DNA of 64,000 bases from an uncultured Candidatus Saccharibacteria bacterium (GTDB lineage: Bacteria; Patescibacteriota; Doudnabacteria; UBA920): contig CAZHIA010000004.1 in the NCBI GenBank assembly GCA_964532425.1, positions 83,740 to 147,739 on the forward strand, in the 5' to 3' direction. The position numbers and the translations under genes are program-made. The notes under the pieces were generated by a model. It saw only the letters and a list, made by a program, of their open reading frames with translations. It was not told the origin of the DNA and searched no databases. Below are positions 55,942 through 64,000 of the stretch, in pieces (the first letter of the stretch is position 1; each line of letters starts with the position of its first letter).

Positions 55942-57039
55942 TTACCATCCGGACTTAATAGTCTTGACTATGGAATCTATATCATCGTCCGTTAAAGCCT
56001 GATGCACCGGTATTGAAATCTGACTGGCATCAAACTTTTCCTGATTGACCAGATCCTTTCTTGGGCCGCCAAAAATGCTATTCTTGTCAATGCGCAGATG
56101 GACAACCGATGAGGGAATTCCGGCTGCTTGCAGCTTCCTGATGAAATCCTCCCTGTTTTCTACCAGCATGGTAAACAACCAATTGGCACTCGTCCTGTCG
56201 CTCCGGTTTTCCAATAAGCTTACACCCGCCACATTTTTGAGTTCATTGCGGTATCGCTGCGCGATTTCCGTTCTCTTCTTCAAAATCTCTGGCAAGTCTG
56301 GCAAGTTCCCCAGCCCGACAGAAGCCGCCAAGTCGTTCATATGATATTTGTAGCCAATATGCGAAACATCATAGACTCTCTCACCAAGAATAGATGGTTG
56401 CGAATTTTTCCGGTCAATACCGAACCATCTAGCATTCTTTGCCTTGGCGGCCAAAGTCTCATCCAAACAGCACAACGCTCCTCCGTCGCCGGTGGTGAGA
56501 TGTTTTATAGCCTGAAAAGAAAAAGCGGTCAGATCCGAAATGGTGCCTATAGGTTTGTTCTTATAGGTTGCCCCCAAGGCATGAGCTGCATCCTCGAGTA
56601 CCTTGATGTTAAACTCCTTTGTAATGGCATGGATCTCATCCAAGTCGCACGGATACCCGGCCCAATGGACCGGAATGACCGCTTTAGTTTTTTCCGTTAT
56701 TTTACTTTTGATCGATTCAGGAGAAATGTTGCCCGTGTTCAGCTGAATATCTGCAAACACAGGCCGTGCCCCGGTCATCAATACCGCCAACCCAGTCGCA
56801 ATGAAGGTTTGTGCGGGAATAATCACCTCGTCTCCAGGCTTAATTCCGAGCACTTCTAACCCGAGGTGCAGCGCGGAGGTGCCACTGTTTACAGTTACTG
56901 GATGGATCAATCCCAAACGGCTTTCGAGCTCGGTCTCGAATTGCTCTGCCATTTTGCCGGCACTAATAAATGTCGAATTTAATACCTGATTTACCAGGCC
57001 GATCGACTCTTTGGAGATGTGGGTATGAAAAAAATCCAT
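55942..57039 (-). CDS. DegT/DnrJ/EryC1/StrS family PLP-dependent sugar aminotransferase
   Basis: Characteristic N-terminus (GKMAEQFETELESRLG...VNSGTSALHL) and length of about 365 aa. Confidence 0.9.
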   Translation of the reverse strand: MDFFHTHISKESIGLVNQVLNSTFISAGKMAEQFETELESRLGLIHPVTVNSGTSALHLGLEVLGIKPGDEVIIPAQTFIATGLAVLMTGARPVFADIQLNTGNISPESIKSKITEKTKAVIPVHWAGYPCDLDEIHAITKEFNIKVLEDAAHALGATYKNKPIGTISDLTAFSFQAIKHLTTGDGGALCCLDETLAAKAKNARWFGIDRKNSQPSILGERVYDVSHIGYKYHMNDLAASVGLGNLPDLPEILKKRTEIAQRYRNELKNVAGVSLLENRSDRTSANWLFTMLVENREDFIRKLQAAGIPSSVVHLRIDKNSIFGGPRKDLVNQEKFDASQISIPVHQALTDDDIDSIVKTIKSGW

Positions 57040-57042
57040 ACA

Positions 57043-58602
57043 TTATTGGACAACGCCGGAAATTTTGTTCTTGAACTTTCCGATTAAATAGTTTATCAAT
57101 TCTTCATCCTCAGGTTCGAAAAATCCCGAGAGCTTGTAAATCAGATAGAACATCAAGACTGAAGCAGGGCCAGAGACAACGAGGAGGTATAGATTATTGA
57201 TCCATGGCAGAATGGCGTAATGGGTAATAATGTAGAACATGATGAAGGTGATTATTATTTTACCATATAACTTACTGTAGTACTTTACCATTCCGTCCAG
57301 GAATAATACCTTCTTCTCGGTCCAGTAAAATGCGAATGGGACCGGTAAGAGCGCGAACAGATAAGCCCAGGCAGCACCCAAAATCCCGAATCTCGGAACG
57401 AAAATGACAAGCAAAGCCACATTTAATACCGCCATCAGTACGGAAAAGTACATTAAAAATTTTACCTGGCCCATCCCCATAAGAATATTGGTAAGCGGTC
57501 CATAAATTGCCAAAATGAGATAAGTGGCTGCCAGGATGAGTAATATTGATTCACCCCTTTCGGCAAAGTCTCGACCAAGCCAAAAAAATAGTATCTTATA
57601 TGCAAATACCATGATACCTGCGGTAATCCCGGCGGCGATGAGGGTAAAATTTCGGAATGACCTTTTATATATTTCCCTGATCTTTTCCACATTACCCGTA
57701 GCAGCCAGGCTGCTCGTGAGAGGAAAAAATACACTACTCAAGCTTCCAACGATTCCATAGGTTTTCTGAGCGACATTGCCCGGCAGGCTGTAATAGGTTA
57801 GGGGTCCGGGACCAGTGAATATTGGAATAATAAATCTGTCCATTTGAATGAGGGAATTTGAAGCGAGATTAGTCACGGCTGCGAGTATTCCAAATGTGTA
57901 AGCTTTCTTAATCTCGCTTACGGACCAACCAAAACCGAACTTAAGGGCGGGCAGCAATTTGTGGGCATAACTCCTGTATGCAAAGAGCTGTATAACGGCC
58001 CAGACCAGGTTGGAAACAAATATAGCCTTGAGCCCAAAACCAAAAATTACAAGGACCAACATTGTAAGATTGATCATTGTAAGCTGGGCAGTATTGAGCT
58101 TTGTGCTGATATCATACCTCTGATTGGCAATAGGCACGACCGTATATACCTGGGTAAATGAAGTAAGAAGGAAGACAGCTCCGGCGAGAATAAAGACCGG
58201 GAGCACCAAAGACCGGGTGTCGGCAGGGATATTGAAAAAAAATGAAGCAAAACTCCCAACAACTGCAAACACGATAAGCCCCAATACACCTACTATAACG
58301 TACAGCGATCGTGCTGAATTCAATAACTTTTGCATTGAATCGAAATCATGCCTGGCAAAATATTCGGAAACAAATTTGATAAGGGCAATATTCAAGCCCA
58401 GGTCAATGAGCGAAAGAAACGCAGTAATAGTATTAATGAGGATGAACACTCCGTAGTCTGTAACTCCCAGTCTATGCACCACTACCGGCGTAATAAAGAT
58501 AGAAAAAAGAACAGGCCACGCATACCCAAAAAAACTATAAACTATATTTTTTAGCGTATTGTTCTTTATCGTGATTGACTCCATCAATATGATTGTAAAC
58601 AA
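57043..58602 (-). CDS. wzx: Polysaccharide flippase Wzx (MOP superfamily)
   Basis: About 12-14 TM helices, 519 aa, and the typical Wzx/PST layout. Confidence 0.75.
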   Translation of the reverse strand: MFTIILMESITIKNNTLKNIVYSFFGYAWPVLFSIFITPVVVHRLGVTDYGVFILINTITAFLSLIDLGLNIALIKFVSEYFARHDFDSMQKLLNSARSLYVIVGVLGLIVFAVVGSFASFFFNIPADTRSLVLPVFILAGAVFLLTSFTQVYTVVPIANQRYDISTKLNTAQLTMINLTMLVLVIFGFGLKAIFVSNLVWAVIQLFAYRSYAHKLLPALKFGFGWSVSEIKKAYTFGILAAVTNLASNSLIQMDRFIIPIFTGPGPLTYYSLPGNVAQKTYGIVGSLSSVFFPLTSSLAATGNVEKIREIYKRSFRNFTLIAAGITAGIMVFAYKILFFWLGRDFAERGESILLILAATYLILAIYGPLTNILMGMGQVKFLMYFSVLMAVLNVALLVIFVPRFGILGAAWAYLFALLPVPFAFYWTEKKVLFLDGMVKYYSKLYGKIIITFIMFYIITHYAILPWINNLYLLVVSGPASVLMFYLIYKLSGFFEPEDEELINYLIGKFKNKISGVVQ

Positions 58603-58625
58603 TAAAATTCTCGAGCCTACAGAAA

Positions 58626-59795
58626 CTACGATTTCAGTTGCTGAAATGCACTTACTACCCTATCTATTTGTTCGTCAGTGTGAGAAGCGGAAATCTGGAC
58701 CCTGATTCTTGCCTTTCCTTTCGGTACTACTGGATACGTAAACCCTCTCACATAAATTCCGAGATTGTACAAATCCTTGGCCATCTCGACTGCCATCTTT
58801 TCATCGCCCAGCATAACCGGGGTGATTGGATGACTTCCGTCCCCTCCCAGATTAAACCCTAAGCCTTCCATACGGGAACGGAAATATGAAGTATTTTTTT
58901 GCAATTTTTCGACCAGCCCGACATAGGCAGTGTCAAAATTTTTCAGGACGTACAGTGCTGGGGCAGCAATAGCAGGAGGAAGACTGTTACTGAACAGCGT
59001 TGTCCTGCTTCGTTGGTGAAGCAATTGAATAATGTTTTTCCGTCCGGTAGTAAACCCGCCCCCTGCTCCTCCCAGCGCCTTGCCAAACGTGGAGGTGAGA
59101 ATATCAACCCTTTCCATTAAACCCTCTACCGAGCCTCTACCCGCTCGGCCCAGCACTCCCGTTCCATGACTATCATCAACCATAACCAATGCGCCGTATG
59201 TATCCGCGAGATCGCAAATATTTTTTATCTTAGCCGTGATACCATCCATGGAGAAAACACCATCACTGACTATCAATTTTCTCCGTCTGTCTCCCGCAGC
59301 CCGGAGCTTTTGCTCTAAATCCTCCATGTCATTGTTCCGGTAGATAAAGCGTTCCGCTTTGCACAACCTGATCCCGTCAATAATACTGGCGTGATTGAGC
59401 TCATCGCTAAAAACCGCATCCCCTTCCTTGAGCACTGTTTCAAAAAGTCCGGTGTTGGCATCAAAGCAGGAAGTGTAGGTGATAGAATCATCGGTTCCGA
59501 AGAATCGTGCGATTTCCGACTCCAATTTCGTATGCAATACATTAGTTCCGACAATAAACCGTACACTGGCTTCGCCAAAACCGTACTCTTTCATGCCTGT
59601 CAGGGCAGCTTCTGCCAACTCGGGTGACGAGGCCAGTCCGAGGTAGTTATTGGAGCAAAAATTCAGGAGACTTTTTCCCTCCATGCGGACGTCAGGCCCC
59701 TGCTTCCCTTCGAGGACACCCGCGGTCTTCCACATACCGCTGGATTTTATCTCTTCCAGCTCGTTTTCGAACTGTTGTTTGTAGATTTCAAACAT
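58626..59795 (-). CDS. kbl: Glycine C-acetyltransferase (2-amino-3-ketobutyrate CoA ligase, Kbl) or related alpha-oxoamine synthase
   Basis: NNYLGL, DELNHASIIDG and a PLP lysine region (FSMDG...K). It is adjacent to tdh. Confidence 0.8.
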   Translation of the reverse strand: MFEIYKQQFENELEEIKSSGMWKTAGVLEGKQGPDVRMEGKSLLNFCSNNYLGLASSPELAEAALTGMKEYGFGEASVRFIVGTNVLHTKLESEIARFFGTDDSITYTSCFDANTGLFETVLKEGDAVFSDELNHASIIDGIRLCKAERFIYRNNDMEDLEQKLRAAGDRRRKLIVSDGVFSMDGITAKIKNICDLADTYGALVMVDDSHGTGVLGRAGRGSVEGLMERVDILTSTFGKALGGAGGGFTTGRKNIIQLLHQRSRTTLFSNSLPPAIAAPALYVLKNFDTAYVGLVEKLQKNTSYFRSRMEGLGFNLGGDGSHPITPVMLGDEKMAVEMAKDLYNLGIYVRGFTYPVVPKGKARIRVQISASHTDEQIDRVVSAFQQLKS

Positions 59796-59831
59796 ACATT
59801 TACTGGTTCAAATTAAGAAAATAGACAGTGG

Positions 59832-60956
59832 TTAAAATTTCAGCAGAATCTTTGGGTATTGCCTCATCATGCTCTCAAATTTTTTGTTGGTAAATTCACC
59901 AATGGGCAGTATAGTCCCCTGCCCCTTCTTTAAGAGGACCGACCACAACTTCTTCGCTATCACACTGTCAGTACTCTCTAGTAACGCCTTGGTTTTATCC
60001 CATGTTTTCCAAATTTGTCTTCCCGCAACACAGTATAAATTAACACCTTTCATTATGAAACGGTTATAATCTTCTATAACAAAATCATTGTGTCTTAAAC
60101 CGAACAGGATAACATCCCCTCCTCTTCGCACCGATGCGATCGAATTATTGAGGGAGTCGTTGGTTCCGGCCATTTCAAACACAACGTCGGCTCCGACATC
60201 ACGAGTGAGTTTCATTACAAATTTGACCAATGCCTCATTCTTACGGTATCCGCCCGGCTTGATCTTAAAAGTATGGTCTATCCCTAAACTCTTGGCCATT
60301 GCTATCGCCGAATCGCGAGGCTCGACACCAAGAACTTTCTTGGCTCCCATTTGCTTGGCAATGAGAATAAGAAACTGCGCAATAGGCCCAAGACCTACAA
60401 TAAGCACGGTCTTGTTCTTTAACTGCACTTTGCTGGCAGCATGGACAGCATTCCCAAACGGCTCATAGAGAACAGCGATTTCTTTCCTCACCTTCGAAGG
60501 ATTTATTTTCCATGCCACCTGCGCCGGTACCTTAACGAATTCGGCAAAACCGCCATCTACGGATATGCCCAATATCTTTTCGTTTACGCAGACATTTTCC
60601 TGCCCGTTCCTGCATTGAAAACACGCATTGCACACAACGTGGGATTCGCAGGCTACTGTATCACCGATGGAGACGCCGGTAACCCGTGATCCTTTCTCAA
60701 CAACCGTACCCATAAATTCGTGTCCCAACAAACGAAAGTCTTTCTTTTCTTTTTCCAGGGAAGACTCGATCTGGTCCTTAAATACCTGTCTGTGCCAAAT
60801 TCCCCTGTCAGTTCCACAGACACCTGCCATGCTCACCTGTATTATAATTTTATCCGCATCGTCTTTTGTCAGGGTAGGTTTAGGAATATCAACAAGTTCA
60901 AAACCGCGTGAAGAATTCCAATTATTGTTTTTTTTATTAAAGATGAGTGCGCGCAT
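59832..60956 (-). CDS. tdh: L-threonine 3-dehydrogenase (Zn-dependent MDR family)
   Basis: Catalytic Zn ligands GHEFMG. Structural Zn Cys cluster CESHVVCNACFQCRNGQENVC. Rossmann motif LIVGLGPIA. Confidence 0.8.
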   Translation of the reverse strand: MRALIFNKKNNNWNSSRGFELVDIPKPTLTKDDADKIIIQVSMAGVCGTDRGIWHRQVFKDQIESSLEKEKKDFRLLGHEFMGTVVEKGSRVTGVSIGDTVACESHVVCNACFQCRNGQENVCVNEKILGISVDGGFAEFVKVPAQVAWKINPSKVRKEIAVLYEPFGNAVHAASKVQLKNKTVLIVGLGPIAQFLILIAKQMGAKKVLGVEPRDSAIAMAKSLGIDHTFKIKPGGYRKNEALVKFVMKLTRDVGADVVFEMAGTNDSLNNSIASVRRGGDVILFGLRHNDFVIEDYNRFIMKGVNLYCVAGRQIWKTWDKTKALLESTDSVIAKKLWSVLLKKGQGTILPIGEFTNKKFESMMRQYPKILLKF

Positions 60957-60958
60957 GT

Positions 60959-61204
60959 TTACCAGTCCTTAATTTTTTCTCTCGTTTTGATTTTGATCTT
61001 CTGGTATGCTTCTACCGCCTGCTTCTCAACCCCCGGAGATAGTAAGTGTAGCATTTCGTGCCCTAAGATGCGGTACTGCTTGCCGATCTTGTTGGCGCGC
61101 AGCAGGCCGTTTTTAAGCATGCGCTTCATGGTGCTATTACTCACCTTCAGCAGTGCTTCGGCCTCCTTGGGGGTATAGACTTCGTTTGGTTTGATTTCAG
61201 GCAT
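60959..61204 (-). CDS. Small helix-turn-helix DNA-binding protein (excisionase / MerR-type HTH)
   Basis: 81 aa. The YTPKEAEALLKVSNSTMKRMLKNGLLRANKIG pattern is typical of the excise-type HTH. Confidence 0.65.
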   Translation of the reverse strand: MPEIKPNEVYTPKEAEALLKVSNSTMKRMLKNGLLRANKIGKQYRILGHEMLHLLSPGVEKQAVEAYQKIKIKTREKIKDW

Positions 61205-61331
61205 ATATGGCTTGTTTGTGTATTCTTATAGTATCACCAGGGGTCATTAGGTGTCAAATTCTCCCTTCTATAAATAAACTGCCACGATCTATTGGAAAGA
61301 AAGTGGCAGTTTGAATGTTGCCTTATACAGC

Positions 61332-62381
61332 TCATACCCCCAATGCCGCAAAAATTTTTTTGAACCTTTGTTCATAGGTGTGATCCCGCATGGTGCGTTC
61401 GTGGCCGGCTTGGGCGATGGCTGTCCGTTCAGCCTCGTGCTCCAGGTAGTACTTGCTTTTCTCCACCAGCTCCTGGGTACTGCGGAAAATAACGATCTCT
61501 TTTCCATCTTCAAAATACTCGGAAAGATTATCCGCATCGCCGGTAAGCATAAAACCGCCACAGGCTGGAATCTCAAAGGTGCGGCCCTTAATTTGGCGCC
61601 GGCCGGCGCCCCAGGCTGACTGGATGTTTGGGATAAAATTCTGTAAATTCAAATGATACCCTCCCCCGCTCTTGCGCACGGCCAGTTTGGCCAGCATCTT
61701 CGGCAGACCCCGGTAGCTCTCGGTAAAGTTCAAATTTATCTTGCTGTACGAAAAAATGTCGAGCATGGCTTGGTCGGTGACCACGCCAGACGGCCAACCC
61801 TTGCCGTACCCATCCGCTTTGAGCCCGGCCAACTGTAAGGCATGCACATAATTAGCGCGCTTTCCGTACCGCTTGCCCACAAAACTGATCTCGTATTTGT
61901 GGGGGTCTTTGTCCGCAGGCTGGGGCCGGTAAATGTTGGCATTGGCCGCCCACTGGGTTTTAATGACCTTGACCCCGAGCTTCTGGTACTTGGCCACGGC
62001 TTGGGAGTCCGTGGTTGATACTGCCGTAAACAGCGGTGCCCAATCTTTAGAAAAAATAGGGAAGCGCCAGTGGTCGTCCGCAAACCAGTTAAAGGTTTTG
62101 GTTCGGGTCTTGGTGGTAATATATTGGATGGTTTCTTTCTTGACCTCGTCAGTGAACAAAAAACAGAACAGCAGGTCCGGACCAAAGTCCTTGACCGTGT
62201 CCAGCAGGTCCTGGTTCATACGGTCGCGCAGCAGCGGGTCCAACCCGTTGTCCGTGGCAATGAAACGCGACTCCACACCCTCCATGTGCTGGAGCACTTC
62301 GTAAAAATTACGGTACTCGAAAGCCGTCCCCCACTCCGGTTTGCCGTATTCATACCTAAGCCCTGCGAAGAGTATTTTCAT
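61332..62381 (-). CDS. CgeB-family glycosyltransferase (DUF3880 plus a GT1-like C-terminal domain)
   Basis: C-terminal KGRTFEIPACGGFMLT motif, as recalled from CgeB-like proteins. Confidence 0.6.
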   Translation of the reverse strand: MKILFAGLRYEYGKPEWGTAFEYRNFYEVLQHMEGVESRFIATDNGLDPLLRDRMNQDLLDTVKDFGPDLLFCFLFTDEVKKETIQYITTKTRTKTFNWFADDHWRFPIFSKDWAPLFTAVSTTDSQAVAKYQKLGVKVIKTQWAANANIYRPQPADKDPHKYEISFVGKRYGKRANYVHALQLAGLKADGYGKGWPSGVVTDQAMLDIFSYSKINLNFTESYRGLPKMLAKLAVRKSGGGYHLNLQNFIPNIQSAWGAGRRQIKGRTFEIPACGGFMLTGDADNLSEYFEDGKEIVIFRSTQELVEKSKYYLEHEAERTAIAQAGHERTMRDHTYEQRFKKIFAALGV

Positions 62382-62422
62382 AAGACAATAGAAAAATAGA
62401 AAATAAAAAGATAGAAAGATTA
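62382..62422. repeat. AT-rich ATAGAAA repeat block. Left-hand copy of the direct repeat flanking the four-helix-bundle gene.
   Basis: ATAGAAAAATAGAAAATAAAAAGATAGAAAGATTACTAACC resembles CTATAGAAAGATAGAAAATAGAAGATAAAAAGATTAACC at 62822-62860. Confidence 0.45.
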
Positions 62423-62821
62423 CTAACCTCTCACACTCGAAAACTTTTTATAAGATAAATTTTTGACTAAATAATTACGGAAGTTTGACAAAGCGGCAGA
62501 AATTTCTTCTATCTCCTTTTTAGCATTCTCAAAATCCTGAGCAGTAATATACTGATTATCCAACAAAACATACAAAATCGATCTCACTTCACCGGCTGAA
62601 CCTTTGGCAATATTTACGAAATTTGACAATTCCTTATTACCACCCCGTTCAAAACCTTCAGCAATATTCAGCATAATTGAAAGCACCGCTCTTTTAAACT
62701 GGTCAACCAGGGAAAAATCCTTGGCGAAATCGTGATTAGACTTTATGAGGCCATATGCCTTCTTCATATAAGCCCTCGCCTGTTGCCACACAGGCAAATC
62801 CTCAAAACGATTATATTTCAT
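62423..62821 (-). CDS. Four-helix-bundle protein (TIGR02436 family; 23S rRNA intervening-sequence protein type)
   Basis: MKYNRFEDLPVWQQARAYMKKAY, KRAVLSIMLNIAEGFERGGNKE and AKGSAGEVRSILYVL are the hallmark segments of this family. The ATG is at 62819-62821 (the upstream in-frame 'M' is a TTG). Confidence 0.8.
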   Translation of the reverse strand: MKYNRFEDLPVWQQARAYMKKAYGLIKSNHDFAKDFSLVDQFKRAVLSIMLNIAEGFERGGNKELSNFVNIAKGSAGEVRSILYVLLDNQYITAQDFENAKKEIEEISAALSNFRNYLVKNLSYKKFSSVRG

Positions 62822-63060
62822 ATGTTTACTATAGAAAGATAGAAAATAGAAGATAAAAAGATTAACCAAAGCTGCACCAATTTTCTATTTTATATTTTTC
62901 TATCTGTGTTCTTATCTTTTTATCTTTCTATTGAATTATATCTATATTATACGCTGTTAACACGGGAGTGCAAAAACTAGGATTTATAATATCCAGTGCT
63001 AATAACCTTTCTATTTTTTATCTGAGCCCCATCTTTCTATTTTTCTATTTTTTTATTTTT
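62822..63060. repeat. AT-rich TTTCTATTTTT / ATAGAAA repeat region with large inverted symmetry
   Basis: CTATAGAAAGATAGAAAATAGAAGATAAAAAGAT at 62822-62855 is the reverse complement of ATCTTTTTATCTTTCTATTG at 62921-62940. Further copies: CTTTCTATTTTTTATCT, CATCTTTCTATTTTTCTATTTTTTTATTTTTCTATAG. Confidence 0.5.
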
Positions 63061-63852
63061 CTATAGTAAAGTAAAATCTACTATCAGGGGAAGGTGATCC
63101 GAGACCTCATTGTACGGAACCTCGAAACTATTCACGCGGATGTCCGGGGTCACGAACATGTAATCGCTCATGAACTGCCGGTCATCCATGTGGTTGCGCC
63201 AGGTATTAAAGTTGCGCGTGGTGGCAACCCTGTATTCGGCAATTAGGTCCCGCAAAGCACCCCTGGCCAGCTGCAAACTTTCGGTATTTGGGAACAGATT
63301 CAAATCCCCGCACACAATAACAGGCCCAGTCTGGCTTTTAACCAGTTTGTTAAGCCTGTTAAACTGTTCAAGACGCTCCGTCGTATCCAGCTTATGGCCA
63401 GGGTAAGCGAGCCCATGCACATTAATGACGGTGAACTCCCCTGTCTCGTGCTGAATACGCGAGACCTGGAAGATGCCACGACGATTTATTATACCCGGCT
63501 GGTCCGCATCAGGTGCCCCAGGGTAAGATTCCACGCTAGAGACGGAAACCACTTCAAGTCCAGGAGCCACGTAAAGCGCCTGCCCGTACGAAACGGGAAC
63601 GTCTGTTTTTTGATTCAGGAGAAACCCGTCTTGAGCAGGATCATAGACCGCATGCCAGCCAGGCAGCAGCTTTGCAACCTCCGAGAAAGAATGAATGCGG
63701 CAGTCTTTAAACTCGGTTGAAGCGGCAGGGCTTTCTGTAACTTCCTGAAAACAAAAAATCTGGGTCCGCTGAGCCTCAGCGGCGATATATTGGTACAGTT
63801 GTTCCTTCCACTGCGCAGCGGCGATATTCAAACACAAAAGTCTCATGAGCAA
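63061..63852 (-). CDS. Endonuclease/exonuclease/phosphatase (EEP) family protein
   Basis: Motifs FTVINVHG, VIVCGDLN and SDHLPLIVDF are typical of the EEP (DNase I-like) fold. Confidence 0.7.
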   Translation of the reverse strand: MLMRLLCLNIAAAQWKEQLYQYIAAEAQRTQIFCFQEVTESPAASTEFKDCRIHSFSEVAKLLPGWHAVYDPAQDGFLLNQKTDVPVSYGQALYVAPGLEVVSVSSVESYPGAPDADQPGIINRRGIFQVSRIQHETGEFTVINVHGLAYPGHKLDTTERLEQFNRLNKLVKSQTGPVIVCGDLNLFPNTESLQLARGALRDLIAEYRVATTRNFNTWRNHMDDRQFMSDYMFVTPDIRVNSFEVPYNEVSDHLPLIVDFTLL

Positions 63853-64000
63853 AATGTATATTTTTTAAAATGACGCCAACCGGCGCTCTCTTAATATAAT
63901 AGCACATGTGGTCAATTCTCCCGAGCTAGAGTTTGTAGGGAAAGGTAGGGTGAGGTACAATGGTATAAATGACATGATTGACAGGATTGAACATGATTAT

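Noticed and set aside
57043-58602. Wzy polymerase or O-antigen ligase call for the 519-aa membrane protein
   Set aside because: The helix count, the length and the lack of a large periplasmic loop fit a Wzx/MOP flippase better than Wzy or WaaL. No second polytopic protein in the island could serve as the polymerase.

Overview
Read by eye from the sequence and the ORF track, without running any search. The window is gene-dense (about 90 percent coding) and most genes sit on the minus strand, including one co-directional run from about 30.4 kb to 63.9 kb. It appears to come from an uncultivated bacterium that may have a single membrane (monoderm): the type IV pilus operon has no secretin and there is no outer-membrane machinery here.

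Main content, left to right:
(1) A cell-surface locus (1-12752). It holds a partial secreted protein, two paralogous DUF916/DUF3324-like membrane-anchored proteins, a Thr/Ser-rich secreted protein that may be WxL-like, a class-A beta-lactamase-like serine hydrolase, and a 2239-aa giant secreted fibre/propeller protein.
(2) A small accessory block with a Cys-rich protein, a transglutaminase-like candidate, TspO, a CPBP intramembrane protease, an alpha/beta hydrolase, an alkyltransferase-like (ATL) protein and MsrA.
(3) Housekeeping genes: a DEAD-box helicase, tandem AI-2E transporters, TypA/BipA and HolA.
(4) A tRNA-Arg / tRNA-Lys pair with a duplicated tRNA-Lys 5' fragment between them.
(5) A type IV pilus operon (pilB, pilC, pilM, pilN, pilO) interrupted by a GxxExxY (PD-(D/E)xK-like) gene cassette flanked by inverted CTACGG hexamer arrays.
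(6) A large FN3/Ig/PKD surface protein.
(7) A roughly 23-kb glycan biosynthesis island. It contains a WbaP-like priming phosphotransferase, at least six glycosyltransferases, four to five methyltransferases, a GDP-heptose branch (HddA, HddC, GmhB), an amino-sugar branch (SDR, DegT, PglD-like), GalE, an Fcl-like enzyme, Wzx and an embedded Tdh-Kbl pair. A free-standing 'four-helix-bundle' gene of the 23S-IVS type, flanked by direct repeats, sits at the end of the island.

No integrase or transposase is present. Several short repeat families are threaded through the intergenic regions: GC-rich palindromic elements with a shared 20-mer core, an AT-rich TTTCTATTTTT family, TGACA-rich hairpins and CTGTAG/CTACGG arrays. 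The most promising undescribed system is the combination of the giant-adhesin/WxL-like surface cluster with the pilus and glycosylation loci, decorated by these cassette-like and MITE-like elements.
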